Sequence record: DRR723986_638 | Strand: one strand, 5' to 3' | Length of the DNA stretch: 57,169 bases | Part shown: one piece after another, positions 1 to 9,977 of the stretch | Numbering within the stretch: position 1 is the first letter of the stretch | Layout of the letters: each line of letters begins with the position of its first letter | Program-made: the position numbers and the translations under genes | The notes under the pieces: model-generated | The model's input: only the letters and a program-made list of their open reading frames with translations | What the model was told of the DNA's origin: nothing | The model's database searches: none

Positions 1-1154
1 AACAGGCCCTGGTTGGCGGTAATGCCCACCCGGGCGCCTTCAACCTGGCGCTCACCCGCCTCGCCGCGCAGCTGCCACGTAAGCTCACAGACCTGTGCCA
101 GCGCTTGAGCGGGCACAGCCTCGCCAAAGCATGCCAGACCGCCCGAGGGGTTAACAGGCAGACGGCCGCCGAGCTTGGTGTCGCCATTGCGCACCAGTTG
201 TGCGGCTTCACCGCGAGGGCAAAGCTGCAAGTCTTCATACCAGTCCATTTCCAGTGCAGAAGAGAGGTCGTAGACTTCGGCAACGTTGACGTCTTCCGGG
301 CCGATTCCCGCTTGCTCATAGGCCTTTGCTGGCAATGCCGCGCGGAAGCGGTGGGCTTCTACGCCCGCTGCGGCCGCTGAGTCGGTGGCGATATCGGGCA
401 TTTCCACCACGGCGCTGGCAAAGGTGGGTGTGACGGTTGATACGGCCGCCACGCGAACGGCGTCGGCTTTGCCCAGGCGCTTTGCGTAGTCCATGCTAGA
501 TACAATCATTGCCGCGCCGCCATCCGATGTGGCGCAAATTTGCAGCAAGCGCAATGGATCAGCCACCATGGCCGAGTTCATCACATCTTCCATGGTGAAT
601 TTTTTCTTGTAGCGGGCATTGGGGTTGGTGAAACCGTGCTCGCTGTTTTTAATTTTTACCCGTGCAAAGTCTTCTTCTGTATCGCCAAACAAATCCATAC
701 GACGGCGGGCATACAGTGCAAAGTAGGTGGGGTTGGTAATTCCCAGGTAAAAACGCAGCCAATCCGGGTCTTCCGGGCGGTAGCCTTTGGCCGGCGCGAG
801 GAAGCCCTTAGGGGTGGTGTCGGCGCCGACAACTAAGGCAACTTCGCATTCGCCGGCAAGAATTTTTGCTTGTGCGGCGGCGAGCGCCTGAGAGCCGGAG
901 GCACAGGCGGCGTAAGACGTATTTACTTGCGCACCCTGCCAGCCCAATGCCTGGGCGAAGGTCGCCCCGGCAACATAACCGGGATAGCCGCAGCGCATGG
1001 TTGCTGCGCCCGAAACAAAGCCCACATCCTGCCAGGGAATGCCGGCGTCTTTCAGTGCCGCGCGCGCAGCGTGCACGCCGTACTCGCTGAAGTTCTTGCC
1101 CCATTTGCCCCAGGGGTGCATGCCGACGCCCAAGATGGCGATATCGTTACTCAT
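1..1154 (-). CDS. Lipid-transfer protein / SCP-x-type thiolase-like protein (3' end runs off window)
   Basis: Manually translated; not in the ORF track because there is no stop in the window. Starts MSNDIAILGVGMHPWGKWGKNF; contains YAACASGSQAL, CATSDGGAA and RLPVNPSGGLACFGEAVPAQ...WQLRGEAGERQV thiolase-family motifs. Confidence 0.88.
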   Translation of the reverse strand, partial: MSNDIAILGVGMHPWGKWGKNFSEYGVHAARAALKDAGIPWQDVGFVSGAATMRCGYPGYVAGATFAQALGWQGAQVNTSYAACASGSQALAAAQAKILAGECEVALVVGADTTPKGFLAPAKGYRPEDPDWLRFYLGITNPTYFALYARRRMDLFGDTEEDFARVKIKNSEHGFTNPNARYKKKFTMEDVMNSAMVADPLRLLQICATSDGGAAMIVSSMDYAKRLGKADAVRVAAVSTVTPTFASAVVEMPDIATDSAAAAGVEAHRFRAALPAKAYEQAGIGPEDVNVAEVYDLSSALEMDWYEDLQLCPRGEAAQLVRNGDTKLGGRLPVNPSGGLACFGEAVPAQALAQVCELTWQLRGEAGERQVEGARVGITANQGL

Positions 1155-1182
1155 TGAATTCTCCCGTCATCGAGTCTGCGGC

Positions 1183-1617
1183 TCAGCCCAGTGGCTTCCA
1201 CTTCCAAGTAATTTTTACCGACTCGTCGTCTTCGTGCAGTGTTTCTAATACCAATTCGACTTCCTGGCCGACTTTCAGGTCTTTGGGGCCGACGCCTTTG
1301 ACCGTTTGTCCCAGAATGATCATCTGTTCTTTTTCCAGTTCCACTGCGGCAATGCCGTAGGGAACGAAGGGCTCTTCGGCGACAAAGGGCTCGGGTGGCT
1401 TGTAGCACGCATCGGTGTAGGACCAAATTTTTCCGGTGCGACTGAGCTGTACCTCGCTAAATGTCTCGCCTTCGCAGTTGGGGTTGCGACAGAAGGACAA
1501 ATTTTTGGGGAAGTAGTAGGTGCCGCAGTCGTCGCACTTTGCGCCGATAAGGTGGGGCGTATCAGTATCGAGGGTATACCAACCTTCGATTGCCGCCTGT
1601 ACAGGCTTGTCACTCAT
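1183..1617 (-). CDS. Zn-ribbon/OB-fold (DUF35) protein, thiolase partner
   Basis: CDDC...CRNPNC Zn ribbon followed by GKIWSYT..P..P..PYGIAAVEL OB-fold pattern; directly upstream of the thiolase-like gene on the same strand. Confidence 0.88.
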   Translation of the reverse strand: MSDKPVQAAIEGWYTLDTDTPHLIGAKCDDCGTYYFPKNLSFCRNPNCEGETFSEVQLSRTGKIWSYTDACYKPPEPFVAEEPFVPYGIAAVELEKEQMIILGQTVKGVGPKDLKVGQEVELVLETLHEDDESVKITWKWKPLG

Positions 1618-1865
1618 GCCGAATCTCCGCTTGAGGGTGCAACCTTGGCACCATTGAGTGAGGGGTAAACAGCCGCAAATGATCGCAAGTGTTGCTGGCG
1701 CGAGCTATCGTCTGAATGGTTGAGTGGCAGCGTAAAGGCGTTATGAACGCATATGTCATGTGGGTGACGGCTTTTGCAATTGTCGCAGTGACCCGGCCGC
1801 TTATTATGGTGACAAGCGTCAACCAAAACTGCCAACGACTGGCGGCGACACAGAGGAAGGCAACA

Positions 1866-3053
1866 ATGAAAGTTGAGTTTAGCGCAGAGCAGAATGCGCT
1901 GCGCAAAGAATTACGCGCGTATTTCGAGGCATTGATGACGCCGGAGCTCAAGGCCGAGTGCGACGAGAGTATGGGAGAGGGCGGTGGCCCGCTATGGCGC
2001 GAGGCGCTCAAGCAAATGGGGCGCGATGGCTGGATAGGTGTTGGCTGGCCAAAAGAGCTCGGTGGTCGCGGTATGAGCCCCATCGAGCAGTTTATTTTCG
2101 TAGAAGAAGTCATGCGCGCGGGTTACCCCTTCCCATTCCTGACAACCGAGTCGGTCGGGCCGCAGCTGGCCGAGCACGGTAATGAATGGCAGAAGCGAGA
2201 GATCGTACCCAAGATCCTCGCCGGTGAATGTTTGATTGCGATTGGCTACTCCGAGCCGGGCGCCGGCACCGATCTGGCGAGTTTGAAAACATCGGCGGTG
2301 CGCGACGGCGACGGCTGGCTGATCAACGGTCAAAAAATGTGGACCAGCCTCGCGCATTTTTGCGACTACGTTTGGCTTGCCTGCCGAACGGATCCCGACG
2401 CAGCGAAACCGCACAAAGGTATTTCCATGTTTTTGGTGCCCACTAACGATCCAGGCTGGTCGTGCAGTCCGGTGGTCACCCTGGGTGGTGTGCGCACCAA
2501 CGCAACCTACTACGACAATATTCGCGTGAATGACGACGCGCTGGTGGGCGAGGAAAACGCGGGCTGGAAGCTGATTACCAGCCAGCTGAACCGCGAGCGT
2601 CTCAGTTTGGTGAACTTTGGACCCACTGCAGAAATGTTTAATAACGTAGTGCGTTGGGCCCAGCAAACTGACCTGCCCGAAGGTGGAAAAATCATCGACC
2701 AACCCTGGGTGCAGATCAACCTAGCGAAAGTCCGTGCCGGTGTCGAGGCACTTAAACTGGTGTGCTACAAGCAGGCGTGGGCAATGACCGAAGGCCAGCT
2801 GGATATGGCCGATGCCTCAGCAGCGAAAGTCTACGGGTCTGAGTTTTTCATCGAGGTGTATCGCCTGTTGGGCGAGGTCATTGGCCAAGCGTCACTGATT
2901 AATCGTCGCACGCCGGGTGCCGACCCCATCGCATCGCGAATTGAGCGCCTGTATCGCACGGCATCAATTATTACGTTTGGTGGCGGCACCAACGAAATTC
3001 AGCGTGACATCATTTCCGCCGCCGGTTTGTGGATGCCCCGGGCATCGCGCTAG
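1866..3053 (+). CDS. Acyl-CoA dehydrogenase, FadE26/FadE29-like catalytic subunit
   Basis: IGYSEPGAGTDLASL, NGQKMWTS, QLNRER and TFGGGTNEIQR motifs; start placed at ATG 1866 behind a GAGGAAGG RBS. Confidence 0.92.
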   Translation: MKVEFSAEQNALRKELRAYFEALMTPELKAECDESMGEGGGPLWREALKQMGRDGWIGVGWPKELGGRGMSPIEQFIFVEEVMRAGYPFPFLTTESVGPQLAEHGNEWQKREIVPKILAGECLIAIGYSEPGAGTDLASLKTSAVRDGDGWLINGQKMWTSLAHFCDYVWLACRTDPDAAKPHKGISMFLVPTNDPGWSCSPVVTLGGVRTNATYYDNIRVNDDALVGEENAGWKLITSQLNRERLSLVNFGPTAEMFNNVVRWAQQTDLPEGGKIIDQPWVQINLAKVRAGVEALKLVCYKQAWAMTEGQLDMADASAAKVYGSEFFIEVYRLLGEVIGQASLINRRTPGADPIASRIERLYRTASIITFGGGTNEIQRDIISAAGLWMPRASR

Positions 3054-3104
3054 ATGCGTCGTGTTTACCCCGGCGAAGAGTGAACGAATAGAGAGAAAAC
3101 AGTT

Positions 3105-4241
3105 ATGGATTTCGGACTTTCAGAACAGCAGCGCGATGTGCAAAACCTTGCGCGCGAAATTCTCGGCGAACAGGTAACAGCGGAAAAGCTCGCCAAGTAC
3201 GACAGCTACGCGGCGGAGCGTTTTGACCGCGAACTATGGCAGCAGGTTGCTCAGGCGGGGCTGCTGGGTGTTGCCATTGAAGAGCAATATGGCGGTATGG
3301 GCTTCGGTTTTTTTGAAGCGGCCCTGATTGCAGAAGAAGTCGGGCGAAATATTGCTCCGCTGCCATTTATTTCTCACTGTATTTCGGCGGCGATGCCGGT
3401 GCAGCAAATCGGCAGTGCCGAGCAAAAGCAGCGCTTACTGCCCGGAGTAGTGAGCGGTGAACAGTTGCTCACAGCCGCGTTGATGGAAGCGAACAATGAG
3501 GACCCCACTCAGCCGCGCTTATGCAGTGCGCAGGCTGACGGCGAGGCGGTGCTGATCAGCGGTGAGAAGCTCTGCGTTCCCTTTGCGGCGCAAGCTGACT
3601 ATGTACTGCTGGCCGCGACCGACGGTGACGGCGCCGTTGTTGTAATGCTGCCTCGTCAGGCAGAGGGTGTTGCGCTTGAAGCGATGGAAGTGACGACTTA
3701 CGAGCCACAATACCGGCTGACGCTCAGTAATGTGCGTGTGGGCGCAGAGAATATTCTGGCCCGCGGGGAGCAGGCGCAGCAGTTGCTCGCTTCGGTCGCC
3801 GAGCATACGACGGCAGCATTGTGCGCGCATCAACTCGGTGCCAGTGATAAAGCGATGCGGATGACCGCATCTTACACGGCCGAGCGTCAGCAGTTTGGCG
3901 TGCCGATTGCGACATTTCAGGCAGTGGGCCACCGCGCGGCTAATTGTTTTATCGACGTGGAATGCCTGCGTTTGAATTGCTATCAGGCGATCAGTCGTCT
4001 CGACGATGGCGTCGACGCGAGTGTCGAAGTGGCGATTGCGAAAGTGTGGGCAGGGGATGTTGGTCATCGGGTTAGCTACGCCGCCCAGCACTTGCACGGT
4101 GGCACGGGCATTGACCGCGACTACCCGCTGTGGCGCTACTGTACGTGGTTGCGTCACAACGAAATGATGCTGGGTAGCTCCGCACGCAGCCTTGCCGCGC
4201 TGGGCAGCAAAATAGCCGTGGGCGAGGCTTTTTGCGCCTAG
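3105..4241 (+). CDS. Acyl-CoA dehydrogenase, FadE27/FadE28-like partner subunit
   Basis: MDFGLSEQQ start, RQQFGVPIATFQAV and HLHGGTGIDRDYPL motifs; tandem with the preceding ACAD. Confidence 0.9.
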   Translation: MDFGLSEQQRDVQNLAREILGEQVTAEKLAKYDSYAAERFDRELWQQVAQAGLLGVAIEEQYGGMGFGFFEAALIAEEVGRNIAPLPFISHCISAAMPVQQIGSAEQKQRLLPGVVSGEQLLTAALMEANNEDPTQPRLCSAQADGEAVLISGEKLCVPFAAQADYVLLAATDGDGAVVVMLPRQAEGVALEAMEVTTYEPQYRLTLSNVRVGAENILARGEQAQQLLASVAEHTTAALCAHQLGASDKAMRMTASYTAERQQFGVPIATFQAVGHRAANCFIDVECLRLNCYQAISRLDDGVDASVEVAIAKVWAGDVGHRVSYAAQHLHGGTGIDRDYPLWRYCTWLRHNEMMLGSSARSLAALGSKIAVGEAFCA

Positions 4242-4330
4242 CGATAGCGCGGGAACGCAAATAGCTGGCTGTTATTCCTTTGGCCAGGTGTTAGCATTCC
4301 CGCATTATCGGTATAAAAAGGAATGCGCCC

Positions 4331-4771
4331 ATGTCTATGCGTCATAGCTTGTCTTGCGCCGGTTTATTGTTGCTGGGGGTGGCAGTTACCGCCTGCGCTC
4401 AGCCGCAGCCGTCGGCACAAACGGTTTCACGACAAAGCGGTATTATTGAAAGCCAGGTAGGATTTATTGATACGGTCTCGGGTGCGCGCGTTGAGGCGGT
4501 GGAGAATGTCCCCGGCAAGACAGAATATCGTGTACTGGTGTCGCTACCGGCATCGGGCGATCAACCGCCAACCGAGATAGAGGAAGTGCTGGTTACTGCC
4601 CCTCGGGTTGACCCAGAGGCACCAGCGATCAGCCCTCGCTATGAGTTTGTTCAGGACTATGCCAACGACCGCTACGGTTTTTACATCTATCTGGGCAAGC
4701 AGCGCAACGTGCCATTTCGTCTTTACTTTAAAGACCATTCGGCACAGAGCATTCAGAACACTCAGCCGTAA
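4331..4771 (+). CDS. Hypothetical exported protein / possible lipoprotein
   Basis: AAGGA RBS; hydrophobic N-terminus ending in VTAC (lipobox-like); followed by a terminator-like hairpin. Confidence 0.65.
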   Translation: MSMRHSLSCAGLLLLGVAVTACAQPQPSAQTVSRQSGIIESQVGFIDTVSGARVEAVENVPGKTEYRVLVSLPASGDQPPTEIEEVLVTAPRVDPEAPAISPRYEFVQDYANDRYGFYIYLGKQRNVPFRLYFKDHSAQSIQNTQP

Positions 4772-4784
4772 ATAACGACTCAAT

Positions 4785-4822
4785 GCGAGTCTGCCATGTG
4801 TGACAGGCTCGCTCTTTTTCTT
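4785..4822 (+). terminator. Probable intrinsic terminator
   Basis: GCGAGTCTGCCA-tgtg-TGACAGGCTCGC imperfect stem followed by TCTTTTTCTT. Confidence 0.55.
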
Positions 4823-4850
4823 CTGGTTACGACTCTACTGGCCTACGCCA

Positions 4851-5654
4851 TTACTTCTCGAACACTGTAGCGACTTGGCGGCTAAACATTATGGGCACGC
4901 CGCTCGGTGACCAAATTGTTGCGTAGTTGCAAAAGTAACCATTACTCCCGGCTTGGCTGCGGTAGTCCATAAACCACCAGTTGTCGGCTGTATCGCCGGC
5001 ACTTACCGCATTGGGAAACTCCAAATACCAGCTCAACGAACTGCCAACCCCAGGCGGTTTGATCATATTCAGGCCTGGCATTGGCGGTGCATCTGCCAGG
5101 GCAATCAGCGCACTTTCGGTGAGCGCAGTGGTATCGCGAAAACGCAGCCACAGTGAAAAATCAGCGCTGTCTCCCCCCGATAATGGCAGGTGACCGCTGG
5201 CGAGCGCCATATCAAAGTGTTGCGTAAACGCGGGCGTCAGGCCGTCAATGAAAGGCAGTAGCATGCAGTCCTGCGGCGCCGGAATCGAGGTCGGCATCGC
5301 CGGTCCCTCGACAACGACCGCAGATTGACGATCCTTGCCATACGTCGCATTGATCGCGGTAGCCACTTCACCCTCACAGCGCAGCTCTCCTTGAATGTGG
5401 GTAACCGAGCCGCCGTCGCGTAAGTGGCGAAGTGCCACTTGGTGATTGCCAGCGGGGGCCGGGCCAACAAAGCTTACTGCCAGGGAGCGCAAGCGGCGGG
5501 CTGGCTCTATCTCACTGCGCATGGCTTGGGCGATCAGGGCACTACTAAGCCCCCCAAATGCGGTGCGGCCCTGCAGCCAGCTTTCGTCAACATTTGCTGT
5601 GTAAAGGCCGTCGCTGCCTCGCACCGCTGCCATGAGTTGGTCAAAAGCGCTCAT
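4851..5654 (-). CDS. Acyl-CoA thioesterase, TesB-like double hot-dog family
   Basis: WLQGRTAFGG, SLAVSFVGP and ALADAPP motifs; start placed at MSAFDQ. Confidence 0.85.
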   Translation of the reverse strand: MSAFDQLMAAVRGSDGLYTANVDESWLQGRTAFGGLSSALIAQAMRSEIEPARRLRSLAVSFVGPAPAGNHQVALRHLRDGGSVTHIQGELRCEGEVATAINATYGKDRQSAVVVEGPAMPTSIPAPQDCMLLPFIDGLTPAFTQHFDMALASGHLPLSGGDSADFSLWLRFRDTTALTESALIALADAPPMPGLNMIKPPGVGSSLSWYLEFPNAVSAGDTADNWWFMDYRSQAGSNGYFCNYATIWSPSGVPIMFSRQVATVFEK

Positions 5655-5861
5655 TTGCCGATTCCCTGTGTTTGAATACATTGTGCTTGCCAGTATAGGT
5701 AATGTGTTCACTGACAACAATGGCCGCGCATTCCCGCTTGTCTTGGCTCGTGTTTTTGGTATGAGCAAGGCTTGATCCCAGAGCGCTGCGCGCTTATCGT
5801 CAGCAAGCTACTTAGAAAAGTAGTGAGCGAAAACAATAATAATTTTTATGGAGTGACTATC

Positions 5862-7406
5862 GTGCAGCACCCGCAATTTCACGCCCAGAAACAACCGCAA
5901 AAAGCCGCCTGTATCCTTGCCAACACGGGTGAGGTGATGACTTATGCCGAGTTGGATGCCCAGTCCAACCAGCTCGCCCAACTGTTTTACAGCCGCGGTT
6001 TACGTGCCGGGGACCACATTGCCTATCAAATGGAAAATAGCCACTGCTTTCTTCAAATTGCCTGGGCAGCCCAGCGCAGCGGCTTGGTGTTCACGCCACT
6101 GCACAGTCATTTGCGGCCTGCCGAAGTGGCGTACATCCTGGAAAATTCAGGGGCCAAGCTGTTTATCTGTTCACCTCGCTACCTTGAAACGGCGCAGCAA
6201 CTAGATAGGTCGGCACTGCCGGCCGTACAGCACTGGTTTATCAGCGCTGGTGAGGCGCCCAATTTTGACTCCCTGCAAGCGGCGATGGCCGAGTGTCCGT
6301 CGGTACCGCTAGCGCAGCAATGTGCGGGGGTTCCGATGCTGTACTCTTCGGGAACGACCGGCCAGCCAAAAGGCATTAAACCCAGCCTACCCGAGCAAAC
6401 CTTTGACGAGGTGCCAGCCGTTATGCAGGGTATTGCTGCGTTCCTGGGGATTAATAGTGAGTCGACGTATCTGACGCCGGCGCCACTTTACCACGCGGCC
6501 CCCATGCACAGCGTTATGGCGGCAATGGCTCTGGGCGGTACGGTGGTAATGATGGACGGTTTTGACCCAGAGCTGTCGCTTCAAGCGATCGAAAAATACC
6601 GTGTGGATTGCAGTCAGTGGGTACCCATTATGTTTATCCGCCTGCTGAAACTGCCTGAAGCGGTGCGCAGCAAATACGATCTCAGCTCCTTGAAGGCGGC
6701 TACGCATGCGGCGGCGCCGTGTCCCGCTGATGTGAAGCGCAAGATGATCGAATGGTGGGGGCCGATTATCAACGAGTATTACGCCGCCAGTGAAGGTATC
6801 GGCATGACCGCCATTGATAGCGCGCAGTGGCTCGCACACCCTGGCTCAGTGGGCCAGTCTTTGATGGGCGAGGTACACATCGTCGATGACGATGGCAATG
6901 AATTGCCCTGCGGCGAAACCGGGATGATTTACTTCTCTGGCTTTGGCGACTTTGAATACCACAATGAACCGGAGAAGACCGCTGGCGCTCATCACCGCGA
7001 GGGCTGGGCTACGGTTGGTGATATGGGTTATGTCGATGACGAGGGTTATCTCTATCTGGCCGATCGCCGCGACTTTATGATTATTTCAGGTGGAGTGAAC
7101 ATCTATCCTCAAGAAGTGGAGAATACCCTGATTGCTCACCCAGAGGTCGCTGATGTCGCCGTGTTTGGGCTTCCAGATGAGGAGTTTGGCGAACGAGTGG
7201 TCGCGGTGGTTCAGCCAGAGCAGGGGTGCACTGGTAATGCAGAGCTGGCTGACCGGTTGCGAGGCTGGTGTCGTGACTCTGTCTCGGCATTGAAGTGCCC
7301 GAAGGCGTTTTTCTTTGAGGCGCAGTTACCGAGGAAGGACAACGGGAAAATGTATAAAAAACCCCTCCAAGAAAAATACCGTCAAGCCGCAGCAGTGGAG
7401 GCCTGA
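5862..7406 (+). CDS. Acyl-CoA synthetase (AMP-forming)
   Basis: YSSGTTGQPKG, PLYHAAP, EYYAASEG, TVGDMGY and IISGGVNIYPQEVE motifs; GTG start at 5862 behind GGAG. Confidence 0.92.
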   Translation: MQHPQFHAQKQPQKAACILANTGEVMTYAELDAQSNQLAQLFYSRGLRAGDHIAYQMENSHCFLQIAWAAQRSGLVFTPLHSHLRPAEVAYILENSGAKLFICSPRYLETAQQLDRSALPAVQHWFISAGEAPNFDSLQAAMAECPSVPLAQQCAGVPMLYSSGTTGQPKGIKPSLPEQTFDEVPAVMQGIAAFLGINSESTYLTPAPLYHAAPMHSVMAAMALGGTVVMMDGFDPELSLQAIEKYRVDCSQWVPIMFIRLLKLPEAVRSKYDLSSLKAATHAAAPCPADVKRKMIEWWGPIINEYYAASEGIGMTAIDSAQWLAHPGSVGQSLMGEVHIVDDDGNELPCGETGMIYFSGFGDFEYHNEPEKTAGAHHREGWATVGDMGYVDDEGYLYLADRRDFMIISGGVNIYPQEVENTLIAHPEVADVAVFGLPDEEFGERVVAVVQPEQGCTGNAELADRLRGWCRDSVSALKCPKAFFFEAQLPRKDNGKMYKKPLQEKYRQAAAVEA

Positions 7407-7494
7407 GTAGGTAAAAGCTGCAATGGTGCAGTTGGCGCTTTTGTCCTAGTTTGAAAAGTGGATGCAATAGTCATCCACTAAGCAAATAACAACA

Positions 7495-9426
7495 ATGACG
7501 CGGACAATGGTTATGCGCCTTTTATTGCAAACGGGTATTGCGCTCGGCCTGGTCACTTTCTCGTTGAGCGCCGCCTCGTCAACAATCCAGCTAGCGTCGT
7601 TGGAAACACTTGGCGAACTCAGCCTCGAAGACCTAATGGATATCGAGGTGGTCTCGGCTTCGCGGCGGGCGGAGCCGTTGCAAGATACTGCCGCGGCAGT
7701 GTTTGTGTTGGACGCGGAGGATATTCGCCGCAGCGGCGTGCGCACACTTGCCGAGGCCCTGCGCTTGGTGCCAGGGCTGCAGGTAGCAAGGGTTGATTCA
7801 CATAGCTGGGCGGTAACCGCTCGCGGTTTCAACAGCACACTTGCCGATAAACTCGAAGTATTAATGGACGGTCGCAGCTTATATACGCCGTTATTTTCCG
7901 GCGTATTTTGGTATACCCAAGATACTGTGATGCGCGACATAGAGCGCATTGAGGTTATACGTGGCCCCGGCGCTGCGCTATGGGGGGCGAATGCTGTCAA
8001 TGGCGTGGTGAATATCGTTACGCGCTCAGCCAAGGACACGCTCGGAGGGTGGGTTGCCGCGGGCGGCGGTGGAAACTATCGAGGCTATACCGAGGCGAGG
8101 TACGGCGATGAGTTTGCTGGCGACGGTTTCTATCGTGTCTATGCCAAAAGTCAGTGGCACAGCGAACAGCAAGCTGCCAGTGGCGGGGATAGCGGTGATG
8201 AGTGGGTACACCGCCAAGCGGGATTTCGCACTGATAATAAATTATCGGATGCGCTGCGCTTAACCGTTCAGGGTGATGCCTACCGCGGCCACGTGGCTGT
8301 GCCGACAGGGGGCAAGCAAGAATATCACCGCGGCGAAAATCTGATCATGCGTCTAAGTCAGCAGCATGTCGGTACGGCGAATTCAGAATACCAACTCGTC
8401 TATGATCGCAGCGCTTTTAACAATCGACTGAATTTCTCTGAGCAGCGACGCCTGCTGGATTTCGAAGTGAAGCATAATCGCCAGATCGGGCAGCGGCAGG
8501 AGCTGGTGATCGGCGGTGGCTTTAGGTTTAGTCGCGATCACATCGGCGATGTTAACCCCTTTCTCACCGACTTTAGCCCTCGCAAGCGCGAGGACGAAAC
8601 CTATGATTTGTTTATCCAGGATCAAATCAATTTTTTAAACAAGCGCCTGCGCCTCACTCTGGGCGCTAAACTCGAGCACAACGATTACAGTGGCGATGAG
8701 TTTCAACCAAGTGTCCGGGCTCGCTATAAAATTAATCCCGACAGCACCGTATGGGCAGCCTGGTCTCGGGCGGTTCGTATTCCCAACCGTCTGGATCAAG
8801 ACGTGTCGTTTTCGGGTGGCTTTTTCGGCGGTGATCGCAGTTTTCACTCCGAGGAATTGACGGCGCTGGAGGCGGGGTATCGTCAGCAGTTGAGCGGCAG
8901 TTTGTCCATAGACATCGCCGGCTTTTATAACGAGTACGAGGAGCTGCGTGGACTCACTGATGACCTGACTAACCCTCAGACGCCGCCACCGATATTAATC
9001 GATAATATTGGCAGCGCGCGCAGCCATGGTGTTGAGCTGACCGCGCGATGGCGAGCAAGAGCAAACATTGAGTTACTGACCAGCTATCGCTATTTCGACC
9101 TGGATGCCTCCACTCCGCCGGGCAGTTTGGATCAGTCTATTGCCGATGCCGATGCCAACGATCCCAGTCATCAGCTGAAAACGCGCCTGGATTGGGATAT
9201 CAATGATCGCTGGTCGCTGTTCCTTGCGGCACGATGGATTGGCCCTCTGGATGATCAAAATGTTGATGCCTACGCGGCAATTGATATGAATGTAATGTGG
9301 CGTATCAACGACCAGCTCGAAGCGTCTGTGCGCGTGAGTAACCTCAATGACGATGCCCATGCGGAGTTTGGTGGCGGCGTAGAGATACGGCGCAGTGTGC
9401 AAGCGCAATTGAGCTGGATGTTCTAA
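7495..9426 (+). CDS. TonB-dependent receptor
   Basis: Signal peptide, plug motifs (LSLEDLMDIEVVSASRR, EALRLVPGL, IERIEVIRGPGAALWGANAVNGVVNIVT), C-terminal Phe (WMF). Confidence 0.93.
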   Translation: MTRTMVMRLLLQTGIALGLVTFSLSAASSTIQLASLETLGELSLEDLMDIEVVSASRRAEPLQDTAAAVFVLDAEDIRRSGVRTLAEALRLVPGLQVARVDSHSWAVTARGFNSTLADKLEVLMDGRSLYTPLFSGVFWYTQDTVMRDIERIEVIRGPGAALWGANAVNGVVNIVTRSAKDTLGGWVAAGGGGNYRGYTEARYGDEFAGDGFYRVYAKSQWHSEQQAASGGDSGDEWVHRQAGFRTDNKLSDALRLTVQGDAYRGHVAVPTGGKQEYHRGENLIMRLSQQHVGTANSEYQLVYDRSAFNNRLNFSEQRRLLDFEVKHNRQIGQRQELVIGGGFRFSRDHIGDVNPFLTDFSPRKREDETYDLFIQDQINFLNKRLRLTLGAKLEHNDYSGDEFQPSVRARYKINPDSTVWAAWSRAVRIPNRLDQDVSFSGGFFGGDRSFHSEELTALEAGYRQQLSGSLSIDIAGFYNEYEELRGLTDDLTNPQTPPPILIDNIGSARSHGVELTARWRARANIELLTSYRYFDLDASTPPGSLDQSIADADANDPSHQLKTRLDWDINDRWSLFLAARWIGPLDDQNVDAYAAIDMNVMWRINDQLEASVRVSNLNDDAHAEFGGGVEIRRSVQAQLSWMF

Positions 9427-9977
9427 TGATTTGGGGCAGGCGGTTCTGTGCAATAGCTTTGGTGTTGGGCCTGGCCGGCAATGCGTTTGGGCAAGGCCTG
9501 GAGCAGCGCGTTAAGGCGGCGTATCTGGTTAACTTCACGCGCTTTATCAGTTGGCCCCCAGCGGCGATACGGGGTGGCGAGGAGGCAATTGATATATGCG
9601 TGGTCGGTGACCGCGACATTGCCATCGCGCTTTCCGCATTAATCAAGTCGAAATCGAGCAATGACCTCGGCATACGCAGCCGATTGATACTCCTCCCCGA
9701 AGAGAGCGAGGGGTGCGAGGTGCTATACCTCGCTGATAATAGCGGAGAGCTACAGCGCTACTGGCTGCAAAAATTACCCCAGGACCACATCTTAACCATC
9801 GCCGATAACGGCGACTTTATCGATGCGGGCGGCATGATCAGTTTTGTTATCGTGTCGGGTAAGCTGCGCTTTGATATCAATCAGGCCAATATCCACCGCT
9901 CCGGTATGTCGGTGAGTTCGCGGCTTTTGAGCTTGGCGAGAACGGTGCGCCGCTCTGCTGCGAAGGGTAGTTCCTGA
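9426..9977 (+). CDS. YfiR-family (DUF4154) periplasmic protein
   Basis: Signal peptide, VKAAYLVNFTRFISWP, ICVVG...CEVLYL, GGMISF and SSRLLSLA YfiR signatures; TAATG overlap with the receptor gene. Confidence 0.9.
   Translation: MIWGRRFCAIALVLGLAGNAFGQGLEQRVKAAYLVNFTRFISWPPAAIRGGEEAIDICVVGDRDIAIALSALIKSKSSNDLGIRSRLILLPEESEGCEVLYLADNSGELQRYWLQKLPQDHILTIADNGDFIDAGGMISFVIVSGKLRFDINQANIHRSGMSVSSRLLSLARTVRRSAAKGSS

Noticed and set aside
105-1157. Several short plus- and minus-strand ORFs in the track
   Set aside because: They overlap the thiolase-like gene, which the track missed because its stop is outside the window.
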